A stretch of DNA of 64,000 nucleotides from positions 96,001-160,000 of the IMG/VR virus record IMGVR_UViG_3300005466_000024. The stretch is one strand, 5' to 3'. The notes under the pieces are model-generated. The model saw nothing but the letters and a program-made list of their open reading frames with translations. It was not told the DNA's origin and made no database searches. This DNA is from a virus. Numbering within the stretch: position 1 is the stretch's first letter; the number at the start of each line of letters is the position of its first letter. Made by a program: the position numbers and the translations under genes. Below, one piece after another: positions 17,484 through 26,799 of the stretch.

Positions 17484-17711
17484 TCAGTAGTCGGGGTCAC
17501 TGCTCTCGAATCGCTCGGCCCTGATCCTGGCCGCTCCAGCGTCGGCCGACAGGCTGCCTCGTATCGGGGTCCACTCGCCGTGCCGTTGGCATGCTCCGGG
17601 TTCCGCGTGCAGCGCTTGCCAGCCGAAGTCGTGGTTCTTGACCACCATGTAGGCGCGGCTACGGCCGTCGGCGAAGTATGCGCCGTAGCCGGTTCGCCAC
17701 ACCAGGCCCAT
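17484..17711 (-). CDS. Hypothetical protein
   Basis: ORF in the tightly packed minus-strand series. Confidence 0.5.
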   Translation of the reverse strand: MGLVWRTGYGAYFADGRSRAYMVVKNHDFGWQALHAEPGACQRHGEWTPIRGSLSADAGAARIRAERFESSDPDY

Positions 17712-17724
17712 CAGGCTTCCCCCA

Positions 17725-17961
17725 TTACCCAGACCCCAGCACCCCGTCGGGCCAGTTGGCGCTCATCACGAACGACGACTCGGCGTCGCCGTTCCACCGC
17801 CACAGCTTCGGCGGGTTGCGGACAACGACCAACCCGACGTAGTCACCGGCGTTGTCGAGAACCGCGAGGTTGCCGGTACCTCCTCGAGAGCGCGTCAACC
17901 GGGCATCTGGCCACCGTTCGATGACATCGTTGAGAATGCCGATCAAGGTGTCTGGGTTCAC
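17725..17961 (-). CDS. Hypothetical protein
   Basis: GTGA-coupled start at 17961. Confidence 0.5.
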   Translation of the reverse strand: MNPDTLIGILNDVIERWPDARLTRSRGGTGNLAVLDNAGDYVGLVVVRNPPKLWRWNGDAESSFVMSANWPDGVLGSG

Positions 17962-18164
17962 GCGCCGATGATCTCCGGCCACGGCGGAATCTCCGGCCCC
18001 AGACTTGTCCGGCCATCCCACTCCCAGTTCGCGTGGAACCCGCTCAACGCACTCGTTGCTTCGCCGTCTTCAGCCCGGGCCAGCTCTACCAGTGCGCCGA
18101 GTTTGACGAACACCTCCTGTTCGAGAGCCTCCAGATCTTCGGTCGCCGTACCTGGCTCATCCAC
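17958..18164 (-). CDS. Hypothetical protein
   Basis: Acidic ORF coupled to its neighbours. Confidence 0.5.
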   Translation of the reverse strand: MDEPGTATEDLEALEQEVFVKLGALVELARAEDGEATSALSGFHANWEWDGRTSLGPEIPPWPEIIGA

Positions 18165-18648
18165 GCTCGTGTCCCTTCTTTTTCGCGCGCTCGATGGCGC
18201 GCCGCACGTACTCGGCTTCGTTGTCGTCGCTGTCCATCAGGTGAGGCCACCACGCCGGGTCCACCCACCGCCTGATGAACACATTGAAACATGCGATGGG
18301 GTCGTTACCGGCCTGTAACTCCAAATAATCGTCCAGCTCACCGGGCACCGGCCGCCCCTCGGTGATCGCCTCGTCCAGTTGGCGTCGGACCCATTCCCGA
18401 CCGTCATGCCGCGCGGGGGCGCCGTCGTCGATCTCGGTGAATCCCTGCACCAGCGACCAGTCCGTGGCGGGGCCGTTGATCCAGGTGGTCGGCATGTACC
18501 AGCGGTCACCGTTGGCGGTGGTGCCGACAGCGGCGACGCTGGTGCCTCCGCTCACCCAGTACAGCCGGTACAGCCCGCCCTGATCGGGGATACCAGTCTT
18601 ACGCCAGGCATGAAATTCCTCGGTGTCGCCGAGCCGTTCGGGTTCCAT
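18157..18648 (-). CDS. Hypothetical protein, probably leaderless
   Basis: ATG lies 7 nt after the TATAGT of motif copy 1. Confidence 0.6.
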   Translation of the reverse strand: MEPERLGDTEEFHAWRKTGIPDQGGLYRLYWVSGGTSVAAVGTTANGDRWYMPTTWINGPATDWSLVQGFTEIDDGAPARHDGREWVRRQLDEAITEGRPVPGELDDYLELQAGNDPIACFNVFIRRWVDPAWWPHLMDSDDNEAEYVRRAIERAKKKGHERG

Positions 18649-18655
18649 AGCTCAC

Positions 18656-18673
18656 ACTATAGCAGTGCTATAG
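18656..18673 (-). promoter_or_regulatory. TATAG 11-bp-period motif, copy 1
   Basis: CTATAGCACTGCTATAGT. Confidence 0.65.
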
Positions 18674-19660
18674 CTCCCTGTCCCGCCATCCTGGCCAGTC
18701 ACGGTCGTAGTCGAACTCACGATCACGCTGCCCGGGCACCAGCGGGGCGTCGGGATCCCGCCGCGGCACCCACTTGCCCCGCCCCCAGTCCCACTGCAGG
18801 TTTCCCATGTCCTCCTCCGACAACCCCGCCATGTGCAGGTCGCCGGTGCCGCTCCAGAACTGCGACGGCAGGATCGCGGTCTTCTGGGGCTGGAAGCCGC
18901 CGTAGTAGATCAGCGCACTGTTCTGGCCGCGCGTTTCCGTACCGAGCGCGGGACGGGCCTGCGGACTGAACATCTGCGCATGCGCGAGGTAGGCGGCTTG
19001 TTCACCGTGGCGGTCGAAGGACCGCCCGGTGGCGGCATGACCGAACAAGTCATGGACAAAGCGAAAGCGGTCGTTTGTGGCGTCGTCTAGGTAGGGGTGC
19101 CCGCCGGTGGCGTGGGTACCCAGGATCTGCAGCCGACGGTTGGTGTTGACGTCGTCGAGCATTTCGTGGACGTCGTTGTAGGGGTCGTGGTCGGTGATCT
19201 GGGGGCGGATGCCGAGGCGCTGGGTGGCGAAGTCGTACTGGTGGTTGATGTCGTTGCGGTAGGCGTCGAAGTGTTTGACGGCGGCCGGGTCGTGCATCGG
19301 CAGTGCGTCGTAGGCCGTCGCGACGGCGCGCACGCTCTGGGGTGTCCGGCGGGCGCCCAGGTAGTCGGTGGCGCCCGAATGCGGGTCGGGCATCCCCTTC
19401 AGTGCGGCGTAGGCGCTGGCGCCCTGGCGGGCGATCTGGGAGGGCTCGAACGACTTGTGGTAGGTCCACCCTGCCGGGTCATCGAAGCCGTTGAACGTAA
19501 CAGTGGGTGCCGCCGCGGTGCGGTAATGGGGCAGCACCCGGCCGCCGGTGCTGTGGACTGTTCCGCAGCAGCCCAGGCTGGCGGGCAGGTCGGGGTGCCG
19601 GTCGTCAGTGGCCGCAACACGTTGCGGCCACTGCTCGGCCTGGGTCTCGACACGCCTCAT
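18668..19660 (-). CDS. Phage protein with HDLFGH motif (possible zincin-like domain)
   Basis: NDRFRFVHDLFGH...FDRHGE..AY..H..M...TETRGQNS; ATGA-coupled start. Confidence 0.6.
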   Translation of the reverse strand: MRRVETQAEQWPQRVAATDDRHPDLPASLGCCGTVHSTGGRVLPHYRTAAAPTVTFNGFDDPAGWTYHKSFEPSQIARQGASAYAALKGMPDPHSGATDYLGARRTPQSVRAVATAYDALPMHDPAAVKHFDAYRNDINHQYDFATQRLGIRPQITDHDPYNDVHEMLDDVNTNRRLQILGTHATGGHPYLDDATNDRFRFVHDLFGHAATGRSFDRHGEQAAYLAHAQMFSPQARPALGTETRGQNSALIYYGGFQPQKTAILPSQFWSGTGDLHMAGLSEEDMGNLQWDWGRGKWVPRRDPDAPLVPGQRDREFDYDRDWPGWRDREL

Positions 19661-20046
19661 CGCCTCGTCCGCCGCCGTGGCGCCTGGTCCTGCGGATCCC
19701 ATCCGTGTTCGACCATGTCCGACCAGTGGCCGGGATCTCCCCCGTGGGACAGGGCGAGATCGGCGGCTGCCCTGGCATCCTCGAGTGAGTGCACCCGACC
19801 CCAGGCCGAGGGATACTGTGCCCCCTCGAACGGATCCGCAACATCGTAGTGCGACCAGGTCCACGGTGGCTCACCGGGGTGCATGCCGGTGGTGTCTTCC
19901 ACCAGGACGCTGCGGCCACCGTGCGAGCGCGCCCACTGTTCCGGCTCGTAGTCGGGGGTCTGCTGCCACTCGTCGCGGGCGTCGTCGCCGACGATTCTGC
20001 GGCCCTCCCGCACCATCTTCTCGGCCCTCGCGATCACGCCGTCCAT
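19657..20046 (-). CDS. Hypothetical protein
   Basis: GGGAGG before ATG; coupled stop. Confidence 0.55.
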   Translation of the reverse strand: MDGVIARAEKMVREGRRIVGDDARDEWQQTPDYEPEQWARSHGGRSVLVEDTTGMHPGEPPWTWSHYDVADPFEGAQYPSAWGRVHSLEDARAAADLALSHGGDPGHWSDMVEHGWDPQDQAPRRRTRR

Positions 20047-20067
20047 GTTGGCCTCCCACCCTTTCGG

Positions 20068-20481
20068 TCAACGGGGTTTCACGTCGGAGCGAGTGCGGGT
20101 GATCTTCCTGATCAACCTGCAAGCCACATCGTCTGGCGCCTCGATCCCGGCCTCCCCGTGCTCGGCGGCCTCGGCACCCGAGGCGAACAGCGGCACCGGG
20201 GTGGTGTAGTCCATCACGGCCGGGTCGATCCGCTGGTGCGCGATGGCCAGCCGCAGCGCCAGCAGTTGGTCGCCGTGGCAAGCGACCCAGCCGGCGCACA
20301 AACGGGCCTTGTCGCTGTCGTGATCATTCTGGTGGCATTGAAATAGCTCTACTGGCTGCGCCCAGGTCTCGCTGTCGTAGGCGCGCAGCTTCTCGTACTC
20401 CTCGGTGGCCCAGATGCCGGACGGCACGTCGCGCCGGTAGGGGCAGGAGGAGCAGGGTCTCGGTGCGGGGGCCTGGATCAT
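20068..20481 (-). CDS. DUF6283-like protein
   Basis: PCSSCPYRRDVPSGIW..EEYEKL..YD..T..QP...FQCHQ. Confidence 0.7.
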   Translation of the reverse strand: MIQAPAPRPCSSCPYRRDVPSGIWATEEYEKLRAYDSETWAQPVELFQCHQNDHDSDKARLCAGWVACHGDQLLALRLAIAHQRIDPAVMDYTTPVPLFASGAEAAEHGEAGIEAPDDVACRLIRKITRTRSDVKPR

Positions 20482-20721
20482 GACGAGCCGGTCATCGTGC
20501 GCCCCGATCCAGGATGTCCCGGACGAACTCCCCATACGAACCGTCGGGATCGGGCGGTGGCTCCAGGGAGTCGGCGACTTCCTTGGCGATGTGGTCGGCG
20601 TGTACCTCGGGGTCGCGGCGGTCCACGCACTCGCACCCGAGGTGGTCACGAATGACCATGGCCAGCAGGATCTCGACGTCGCTGCGCACCATCCCGAGGA
20701 TGATCGGGTCGATCTTCACGG

Positions 20722-20925
20722 TCAGTCCGCTTTTTCGAGAAGTCGCCTGCGCTGCACCCATGCCCAGTACCCGAGCCGCGTGTCGTCGTCGGTGACCTCT
20801 CGCTTCCAGTCGGAGACGGGATGCTCGGGATGCTCCCCCCAGTAGTCGTTGTGGTACTGGCGACAGCTGCCGCAGTAACCGAACTTGACGTCGTTGGAAC
20901 AGGTGATCGACTCCTCAGCGGTCAT
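20722..20925 (-). CDS. Hypothetical protein
   Basis: CxxC; coupled ORF. Confidence 0.5.
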   Translation of the reverse strand: MTAEESITCSNDVKFGYCGSCRQYHNDYWGEHPEHPVSDWKREVTDDDTRLGYWAWVQRRRLLEKAD

Positions 20926-21455
20926 GATCGCCCCTCCACCCGGAACAGTGTCGTTGTCATGTCGGCCTCGGTGTAGGCCTGCCCATCGACGATGCCGCCC
21001 TTGGGGTAGGTGTCGGTGTACAATCGCCGACCGCGCGCCGACACGACGTCACCGTGTTCCTCGTCCCACACGTCGTCGAAGGTTTCCCAGTCGCCGATCT
21101 CGGTGATGGTGTGCCGTTTGCCCTGGATGTCGATGATCACGTCGCCGACTGCCAGCTCCTCGAACGTCTTGCGGGTGATCGTGTCGTGATGTGACGTGCA
21201 GCCGATGCTGGGGCACTCGCTCTGCGGCATGGCGTGGTGCCCGGCGAGGGCTTGCACGTCGCCGAGCGCCCGCGCGCGCGAACCCCTGGCTCGGAAGCGA
21301 GGGATCTCCCGGCCGCGGTAGGTCGCGACCGCCTCGTACAACCGGCGCGATTTTCCCGTCAGCCCGACGGACGAGGTTCCCAGGTCGTGCAGGGTGACCT
21401 CGTAGTCGCCGCTGCGGTAGACGTCCTGGCCCTTGACCTTGACGAACTTCAGCAT
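20922..21455 (-). CDS. Hypothetical protein
   Basis: GC3-rich ORF in the operon. Confidence 0.55.
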   Translation of the reverse strand: MLKFVKVKGQDVYRSGDYEVTLHDLGTSSVGLTGKSRRLYEAVATYRGREIPRFRARGSRARALGDVQALAGHHAMPQSECPSIGCTSHHDTITRKTFEELAVGDVIIDIQGKRHTITEIGDWETFDDVWDEEHGDVVSARGRRLYTDTYPKGGIVDGQAYTEADMTTTLFRVEGRS

Positions 21456-21456
21456 G

Positions 21457-21705
21457 TCACTGCCCACTTCCCTGATCGTTGGTCACCACCGAGACGAGCT
21501 GGTATGCGATACGCGTGGGTTGCCAGTCGATGACCTTGACGTACCCCAGTGCGGCGAGGACATCATCACCCTCGGTGGTGCTGGGACGTCGCGACCGCAC
21601 CGGGTACAGGTTGACGAACTCGCCGTCCATGTCATCAAGGAACACGTAGCCGTCGCTAAGTGTGGCTAGTAGTTGCTGCTCGGTGATTCGTGCGTTGGTG
21701 GCCAT
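21457..21705 (-). CDS. Hypothetical protein
   Basis: Downstream of motif copy 2; GGAAGG RBS-like site. Confidence 0.55.
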   Translation of the reverse strand: MATNARITEQQLLATLSDGYVFLDDMDGEFVNLYPVRSRRPSTTEGDDVLAALGYVKVIDWQPTRIAYQLVSVVTNDQGSGQ

Positions 21706-21734
21706 GGCTTGTGTCCTTCCCTACCGGAGATAAC

Positions 21735-21752
21735 ACTATAGTCCCGCTATAT
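21735..21752 (-). promoter_or_regulatory. TATAG motif, copy 2
   Basis: ATATAGCGGGACTATAGT. Confidence 0.65.
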
Positions 21753-22110
21753 GCTCTGTCTTCTCGAGTTCCTGTACGTTGACACCCGCCCAGACGATGA
21801 GGCGTTGACCGAGGTCGATGACATCGGCGTCGGTGAGTGCGAACTGGTCACTGCCCTGAATGGACACGAACGCCGCACCGTCAGCGACGGTGACGACCAG
21901 GTCGGGCGCGATAATGGTGTCCCACGAGGAGTCGCTGCCGGTGGCGCGCAGCAGCCGCGTCCCGACCTCGCGAGCAGTAGCATGATCGAACTCCACGGCG
22001 CGCACGAGAAGACTGTCGTGATAGCTCAGTCGACATTCGATGAGGTAGCCGGTATTGATGATCAGGTACCGTCCACCATCGGTGTATTCGCGGAACGTGG
22101 CCATACTCAT
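21736..22110 (-). CDS. Hypothetical protein
   Basis: ATGA-coupled ORF. Confidence 0.55.
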   Translation of the reverse strand: MSMATFREYTDGGRYLIINTGYLIECRLSYHDSLLVRAVEFDHATAREVGTRLLRATGSDSSWDTIIAPDLVVTVADGAAFVSIQGSDQFALTDADVIDLGQRLIVWAGVNVQELEKTEHIAGL

Positions 22111-22301
22111 GACTGAGACCGCCCCTCGATATCGATGAGCCGTTCCGCAATATAGCTATCGGCTTCACTACGTAAATCGACGGCCTTGATGACCTCGCCG
22201 TCCTCGTAGATGAGGTATTGCATCGGGTGCGTGATTTTTGGCTGCCCCCAACGATCACGCTGCATCCAGGTCACGCGCTCACGTTTGACGTAGACGGCCA
22301 T
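22107..22301 (-). CDS. Hypothetical protein
   Basis: AGGAG RBS; downstream of motif copy 3. Confidence 0.55.
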   Translation of the reverse strand: MAVYVKRERVTWMQRDRWGQPKITHPMQYLIYEDGEVIKAVDLRSEADSYIAERLIDIEGRSQS

Positions 22302-22343
22302 TTTCAGCTCCTGTGTGGGTTCTTCTCTCTCACTCCACACAAC

Positions 22344-22361
22344 ACTATAGCACCGCTATAT
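22344..22361 (-). promoter_or_regulatory. TATAG motif, copy 3
   Basis: ATATAGCGGTGCTATAGT. Confidence 0.65.
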
Positions 22362-22368
22362 CTTCCCG

Positions 22369-24366
22369 TCAGTCGTTCTCGGCGAACAATCCCGACAGCG
22401 CGCGCATCAGTTGGGCGGGTACGCAACCGTTCCCGATGATGCGCAGTGCATCGTTGCGGCTGATCGTCCCTGTCGGCCGCTTGCGCGCCGGCAGTAGGTT
22501 GACGAGATCGGTGACCCAGCCGTCGGGCCACCCCATCATCCATTCGGCGAACCGCGCCGATAGCCGCGGGTTGCCCTTGGTGTTGGGTTCGGTGGGTGGT
22601 GGTGCGGGCCGGGTCAGCGCCTCCCAGCGCCGGATCGCTGGTTCGTACTTGCCCCACGCGCTCACCGGTTCGATGCCCAGGTCGATCAGCTGCACGTTGT
22701 GGTGCCAGTTCTCGCCACTGGTCTTGCGGTTGCGATTGGGCCCGCCACCATTGCCGTCGGAGGCCGCCGGGGTGGGCAGCAGCACGTCGTCGGACTGCGT
22801 CGGCAGCAGCAGGTCGGGGCGACTGGCACCGGGCACCTCGTCCCAGGACTCGAACTCGCGGGGCAGCTCGCCGCGCGCGATCTCCAGCGCCTGCTCGAGA
22901 CCTGGTGCCGACCACTGTCGGTAGTCCACCATGGCCTTGCGCGACGCCCGGTTGGTGGCCGCCTTCGGGGTGGGCAGCAGATTGTCCTGCTCGCCCAGAA
23001 GGGTGGCAACATCAGCCAGACCACTGGCCCCACCCTCGCCACGAGATCGCGTGGTGTTGTCCCATGACACCTTCTTGGGGTTGGCACCCTTGAAGTCGTT
23101 GGCATTGGGCGTAGGCAACAGGTCTGGTTCGGCGATTTCGAGCGCCGCGAGTTGCAGGTCGCCCAGCTGCTCGCGCCGACGGCCGTTGCCGGCGGGTCGG
23201 CGGTCGCGCCAGGCTTCGGCGGTGGTCCCGGTGTAGTTGGTCTGCGGGGTGGGCAGCAGCACCGGATCCTGCGCGGCCAGATCGCGCAGCACCGCGTCGG
23301 GCAGCGTGTCGTCGCATTCGGGACGATCTCGCCCTGTGTTCGCGGCCCCCTTGTGGTCGCGGGCCTGCGGGGTGGGCAGTAGTCGCAGTGCATCGGTCAG
23401 CGACGTGCCGGGGTGCATGACGCCGGTGTCGGTGCTGTGCCGGGCGCTGTCGCGGGCGTCGCTGGTGACTGGCGTCGGCAGCAGCTCTACTACATCGGAT
23501 TCTCTGCCTCGTTCGCCATCGCCAGCATCTGTACTTCCTTGCCCAGGTTCCGGGCATGCCCATTCCCCGTCGTAGGTTGTGTCGTCGGGGTCGGCAGCAG
23601 CTCCCCGCCCGTTTCCAGTAGATCGTTCTCCACCAGCACCGCCAGGTCCGTCACCCGTTTGCGGCCCGGTTTCTTGGCCAGGTGATTCTCCGGGGTGTTG
23701 TTGTCCGGCTGCGCGCACACCGTGGGCAAGAGTAGATCCTTCTCCGGCGGCGTCTCGGACGGCGTCGCGGACGACGTGCCAGCCGAGGGTTTGCGGCCAC
23801 GCGAGGGCGAAGACCCTTTCGCGTTTGTGCGGCGCACCGGCTGCGGACGCGGGTACAGTAGCCCAGCGCGCATCGTACCCGAGGTTGGCCAGGTCGCCGA
23901 ATACGGCTCCGGCTGCTCGCAGGACGGCGTCGGGGGCTTCCACCACAGCTGGGTCTCCCGATCCCAGATCGCGGTGGGCTTTCGCGGAGAGGAGTCCCCG
24001 CACGTTTTCGATGCAGACAAGGAGCGGCTCCAGTTCTTTGATCGCAATGGCCATGGCTACCCATAGGCCCGAACGGGTGGCCTCGCCTTTTTCGTTGGGG
24101 CCGATGCCCAGCCTGCGCCCGGCGGCCGATACATCCTGGCACGGGAATCCTCCGCAGAGAATGTCCACGGGTTCCACTTCGGCCCAATTCACCTGGGTGA
24201 TATCGCCGAGGTTGGGGATGTCGGGCCAGTGTTTGGCCAGTACGACCGAGGCGGCCGGATCGCTCTCGCACTGCCACATGAGCTGGCCACCGAAGAATGC
24301 TTCGACCCCCTGGTCGAGCCCGCCCCCACCGGAGAACACGGACCCGATGCGCAGCGCGTCACCCAT
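22369..24366 (-). CDS. C5-cytosine DNA methyltransferase with LLPTP-repeat insertion
   Basis: FSGGGGLD (I), GFPCQD (IV), ENV (VI), PHKRERVF (VIII), EWMMGWP and IIGNG (IX/X). Confidence 0.9.
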   Translation of the reverse strand: MGDALRIGSVFSGGGGLDQGVEAFFGGQLMWQCESDPAASVVLAKHWPDIPNLGDITQVNWAEVEPVDILCGGFPCQDVSAAGRRLGIGPNEKGEATRSGLWVAMAIAIKELEPLLVCIENVRGLLSAKAHRDLGSGDPAVVEAPDAVLRAAGAVFGDLANLGYDARWATVPASAAGAPHKRERVFALAWPQTLGWHVVRDAVRDAAGEGSTLAHGVRAAGQQHPGESPGQETGPQTGDGPGGAGGERSTGNGRGAAADPDDTTYDGEWACPEPGQGSTDAGDGERGRESDVVELLPTPVTSDARDSARHSTDTGVMHPGTSLTDALRLLPTPQARDHKGAANTGRDRPECDDTLPDAVLRDLAAQDPVLLPTPQTNYTGTTAEAWRDRRPAGNGRRREQLGDLQLAALEIAEPDLLPTPNANDFKGANPKKVSWDNTTRSRGEGGASGLADVATLLGEQDNLLPTPKAATNRASRKAMVDYRQWSAPGLEQALEIARGELPREFESWDEVPGASRPDLLLPTQSDDVLLPTPAASDGNGGGPNRNRKTSGENWHHNVQLIDLGIEPVSAWGKYEPAIRRWEALTRPAPPPTEPNTKGNPRLSARFAEWMMGWPDGWVTDLVNLLPARKRPTGTISRNDALRIIGNGCVPAQLMRALSGLFAEND
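23490..24047 (-). CDS. Alternative-frame methyltransferase beta-like polypeptide nested in the MTase gene
   Basis: EPYSATWPTSGTMRAG..Y.RP plus LLPTV/LLPTP repeats in a second frame. Confidence 0.55.
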   Translation of the reverse strand: MRSKNWSRSLSASKTCGDSSPRKPTAIWDRETQLWWKPPTPSCEQPEPYSATWPTSGTMRAGLLYPRPQPVRRTNAKGSSPSRGRKPSAGTSSATPSETPPEKDLLLPTVCAQPDNNTPENHLAKKPGRKRVTDLAVLVENDLLETGGELLPTPTTQPTTGNGHARNLGKEVQMLAMANEAENPM

Positions 24367-24466
24367 CGTTTGTGCGCCTCACACCTTTTCCGGCTGGGGA
24401 GGCCCGGGGGCGGATCTCAGGGGGTGGTGGACCCGGCCCCCGGGCAGCTTCTCGTCCCCCTCCTTT

Positions 24467-24745
24467 TCACTCGCCGAGCAACGCGATCACGTCGTCGAGC
24501 GTCGTGGTGGTTTCGCTGGTGCCCGGCCGCGGGTGCGGCCGGGCACCCAGGTATTCGGCCTTGGCCCAGATCGTGACGATCGGCTTGACGGCCCTGGCCA
24601 CACTCATCGGCCACTCGGCCAGGAACTGGCGGCAGATGGCGGTGTGCGCCGCTTCGGCGTCCTCGCGCATCCGGAGGATTTCGTTGCTGGTCATCGCGTG
24701 TACGCGGTGGCACCGACCGGACTGGTCGATGAGGTAACTGGGCAT
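24467..24745 (-). CDS. Hypothetical protein
   Basis: AGGAGG RBS before ATG 24745. Confidence 0.55.
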   Translation of the reverse strand: MPSYLIDQSGRCHRVHAMTSNEILRMREDAEAAHTAICRQFLAEWPMSVARAVKPIVTIWAKAEYLGARPHPRPGTSETTTTLDDVIALLGE

Positions 24746-24877
24746 CTCACGGCCTCCTGTCCCCTTACTGCTTCCCCGCGCCGCCGTGGGTCCACTGGAC
24801 GCCAGGAAATCCTTTGCACCATTTCTGCCCCTAATGTCACACTGCCTTATGGCCACCGATAACTGCCCGGATCCGAC

Positions 24878-25030
24878 GTGAACACTCATGACCCGCAAGA
24901 CCGGGAACACCTGCGCACCTTGTCCACCAAGAAGCTGCGTCGGCTGCGGGTCAACGTCGAGCGCAGCCTATCCGAGCTGCAAGCCTATGCGGGGGCGGTC
25001 GATGCGGTCCTGAAGGAGCGCGATGGCTGA
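24878..25030 (+). CDS. Small basic helical protein
   Basis: MNTHDPQDREHLRTLSTKKLRRLR...; overlaps the next start. Confidence 0.4.
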   Translation: MNTHDPQDREHLRTLSTKKLRRLRVNVERSLSELQAYAGAVDAVLKERDG

Positions 25031-25649
25031 CCTGCACAATCCGTACTGGGACGAGGTTGGGCACGCGGCCAGGCCCGGTGAATTCCCCTGGGAGCACCAC
25101 CAGTTGGAGATCGCCCGCTTCCGGTCCGATTCCGGTGAGGAGTACCTGGACCGGCAGAAGTTCGTCGGCCGGTACTCCTGGACGGTCACCGACCCCGACA
25201 GTGTGCAGTTCGTGGCTGATCACGTGGTGGGCGGCGTCGTGGATCCGATGGCGGGTACCGGCTACTGGGCCTACCTGCTGGGGCAGCTGGGTATCACGGT
25301 GGTGTGCTACGACCTGCACGCCGACTGCGACAATCCGTGGCACGGGGATCACTCGCATTGGGTGCCGGTGCAGCCCATGGACGGCGCGGAGTCGGTAGTT
25401 CTACACCCGGACAAGACCCTGCTGCTGGCGTGGCCCCCGTACAGCGACCCGGCCGGGGCTCGCATCCTCGATGCCTACCGCGGGAACCGTGTCATCTACC
25501 TCGGGGAGTTCGATGGCTGTTGCGGCGACGACGCCATGCACGAGGCGCTGGCAAGCGGGTGGGAGGAGGTCGCGTCGATCAGGCCGGTGCTGTGGTGGGG
25601 GCTGCACGACCGGATCACGGTGTTCGTGCGAAAGCCCACCGGGGAATGA
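25023..25649 (+). CDS. Class I SAM-dependent methyltransferase-like protein
   Basis: VVDPMAGTGYWA (motif I), V.CYD, LLLAWPPY. Confidence 0.75.
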   Translation: MADLHNPYWDEVGHAARPGEFPWEHHQLEIARFRSDSGEEYLDRQKFVGRYSWTVTDPDSVQFVADHVVGGVVDPMAGTGYWAYLLGQLGITVVCYDLHADCDNPWHGDHSHWVPVQPMDGAESVVLHPDKTLLLAWPPYSDPAGARILDAYRGNRVIYLGEFDGCCGDDAMHEALASGWEEVASIRPVLWWGLHDRITVFVRKPTGE

Positions 25650-25710
25650 TTTACTCAACCCTGGGCGTCATGCTTGTCCTGTAGCACCATTATTGGGTAC
25701 GTTCCCTCGC

Positions 25711-26799
25711 ATGCGGACTCTACTTGCTGTTGCCACACTGTCGGGCGCGATGACCGCCGTGGCGTCCACGTCGGTGGCACTGGCGGCCACCGTCCTCACC
25801 GTGAGCGGCAGCACGTTGCTCGTAAGCACGCCCATGGAGCACGAACTGCAGGGCGCCCTGTGTCGGGCGCCCAACACCTGCGAGAAGGTCGACTACCCGG
25901 CGGGCGGGATCGGTCAGGGCCCCCTGGACCAGGGTGAAGTGGCACTGCAGGACAAGATCGCCGCCACTTCCGGGGATAAGATCGTGATGGCGTACTCCCA
26001 GGGCGGGATCATCGCGACCCAGTGGCTCGAGCAGCACGCCGGCCAACCCGACGCACCACCGGCGAGCGATCTCACGTTCGTGCTGTTCGGCAACCCGCAG
26101 CGCGCCGAAGGAGGGTTGGGCCCCGCGAGCGGTGGGGGACGATCGAACACCCCGACCCCCACCGATACGCCGTACTCGATCGTCGATGTCAGCCGGCAGT
26201 ACGATCTCCTGTCCGACTGGCCCACGGACCCCACCAACGGGCTGGCGGTCGCGAACGCGCTTGCGGGCTACCTCTTCGTCCACACCGACTACACCGGTGT
26301 GGACGTCAATTCGCCGGACAACCTCGTGAAGAAGGTCGGCAACACGACCTACGTACTGGCCCCCACCGCGAACCTGCCGCTTCTGGAGCCACTGCGGCGG
26401 GTCGGTCTGGGCGGTGCGGCCGATGCGCTCAATGCACCGCTGAAGAAGGTGGTGGACGCCGGCTACGACCGCTCGGGGTACGCGCCACTGACTTCGCCCG
26501 TACTGCCGACCGGCAGTGCGGAGACGAGCGTCGCGGCAGTGTCACCAAGGACACCCACTGCCGCATCCGGCATTCACACCGGGTTGACCAAACTCGGTGA
26601 AGCCGCGATTGGAGCGCGCCCGCGCCGTCACCTCAATGCCCAGGTGACGGGGGGCGCTGCACGTCGTGACGTTGCCACGCCACCATCGAACGGCAAGCGC
26701 GCCCACGCAGCGGATGGCGCCCCGGTGAAGGCGGCGGTGCGATCCATCGCGCACGCCCTGTCGAAGCGACAGGGCGGGTCGTTACAGCGGAAGGGCTGA
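25711..26799 (+). CDS. Secreted PE-PPE domain serine hydrolase
   Basis: Signal-like N-terminus; AYSQGG nucleophile elbow, FVLFGNP, YD..SDWP.DP.N.LA.ANA..G....H..Y. Confidence 0.85.
   Translation: MRTLLAVATLSGAMTAVASTSVALAATVLTVSGSTLLVSTPMEHELQGALCRAPNTCEKVDYPAGGIGQGPLDQGEVALQDKIAATSGDKIVMAYSQGGIIATQWLEQHAGQPDAPPASDLTFVLFGNPQRAEGGLGPASGGGRSNTPTPTDTPYSIVDVSRQYDLLSDWPTDPTNGLAVANALAGYLFVHTDYTGVDVNSPDNLVKKVGNTTYVLAPTANLPLLEPLRRVGLGGAADALNAPLKKVVDAGYDRSGYAPLTSPVLPTGSAETSVAAVSPRTPTAASGIHTGLTKLGEAAIGARPRRHLNAQVTGGAARRDVATPPSNGKRAHAADGAPVKAAVRSIAHALSKRQGGSLQRKG

Noticed and set aside
13914-21738. Genome-wide TAG reassignment
   Set aside because: TAG ends several genes cleanly at boundaries, long genes are uninterrupted, and no CUA-anticodon tRNA was seen
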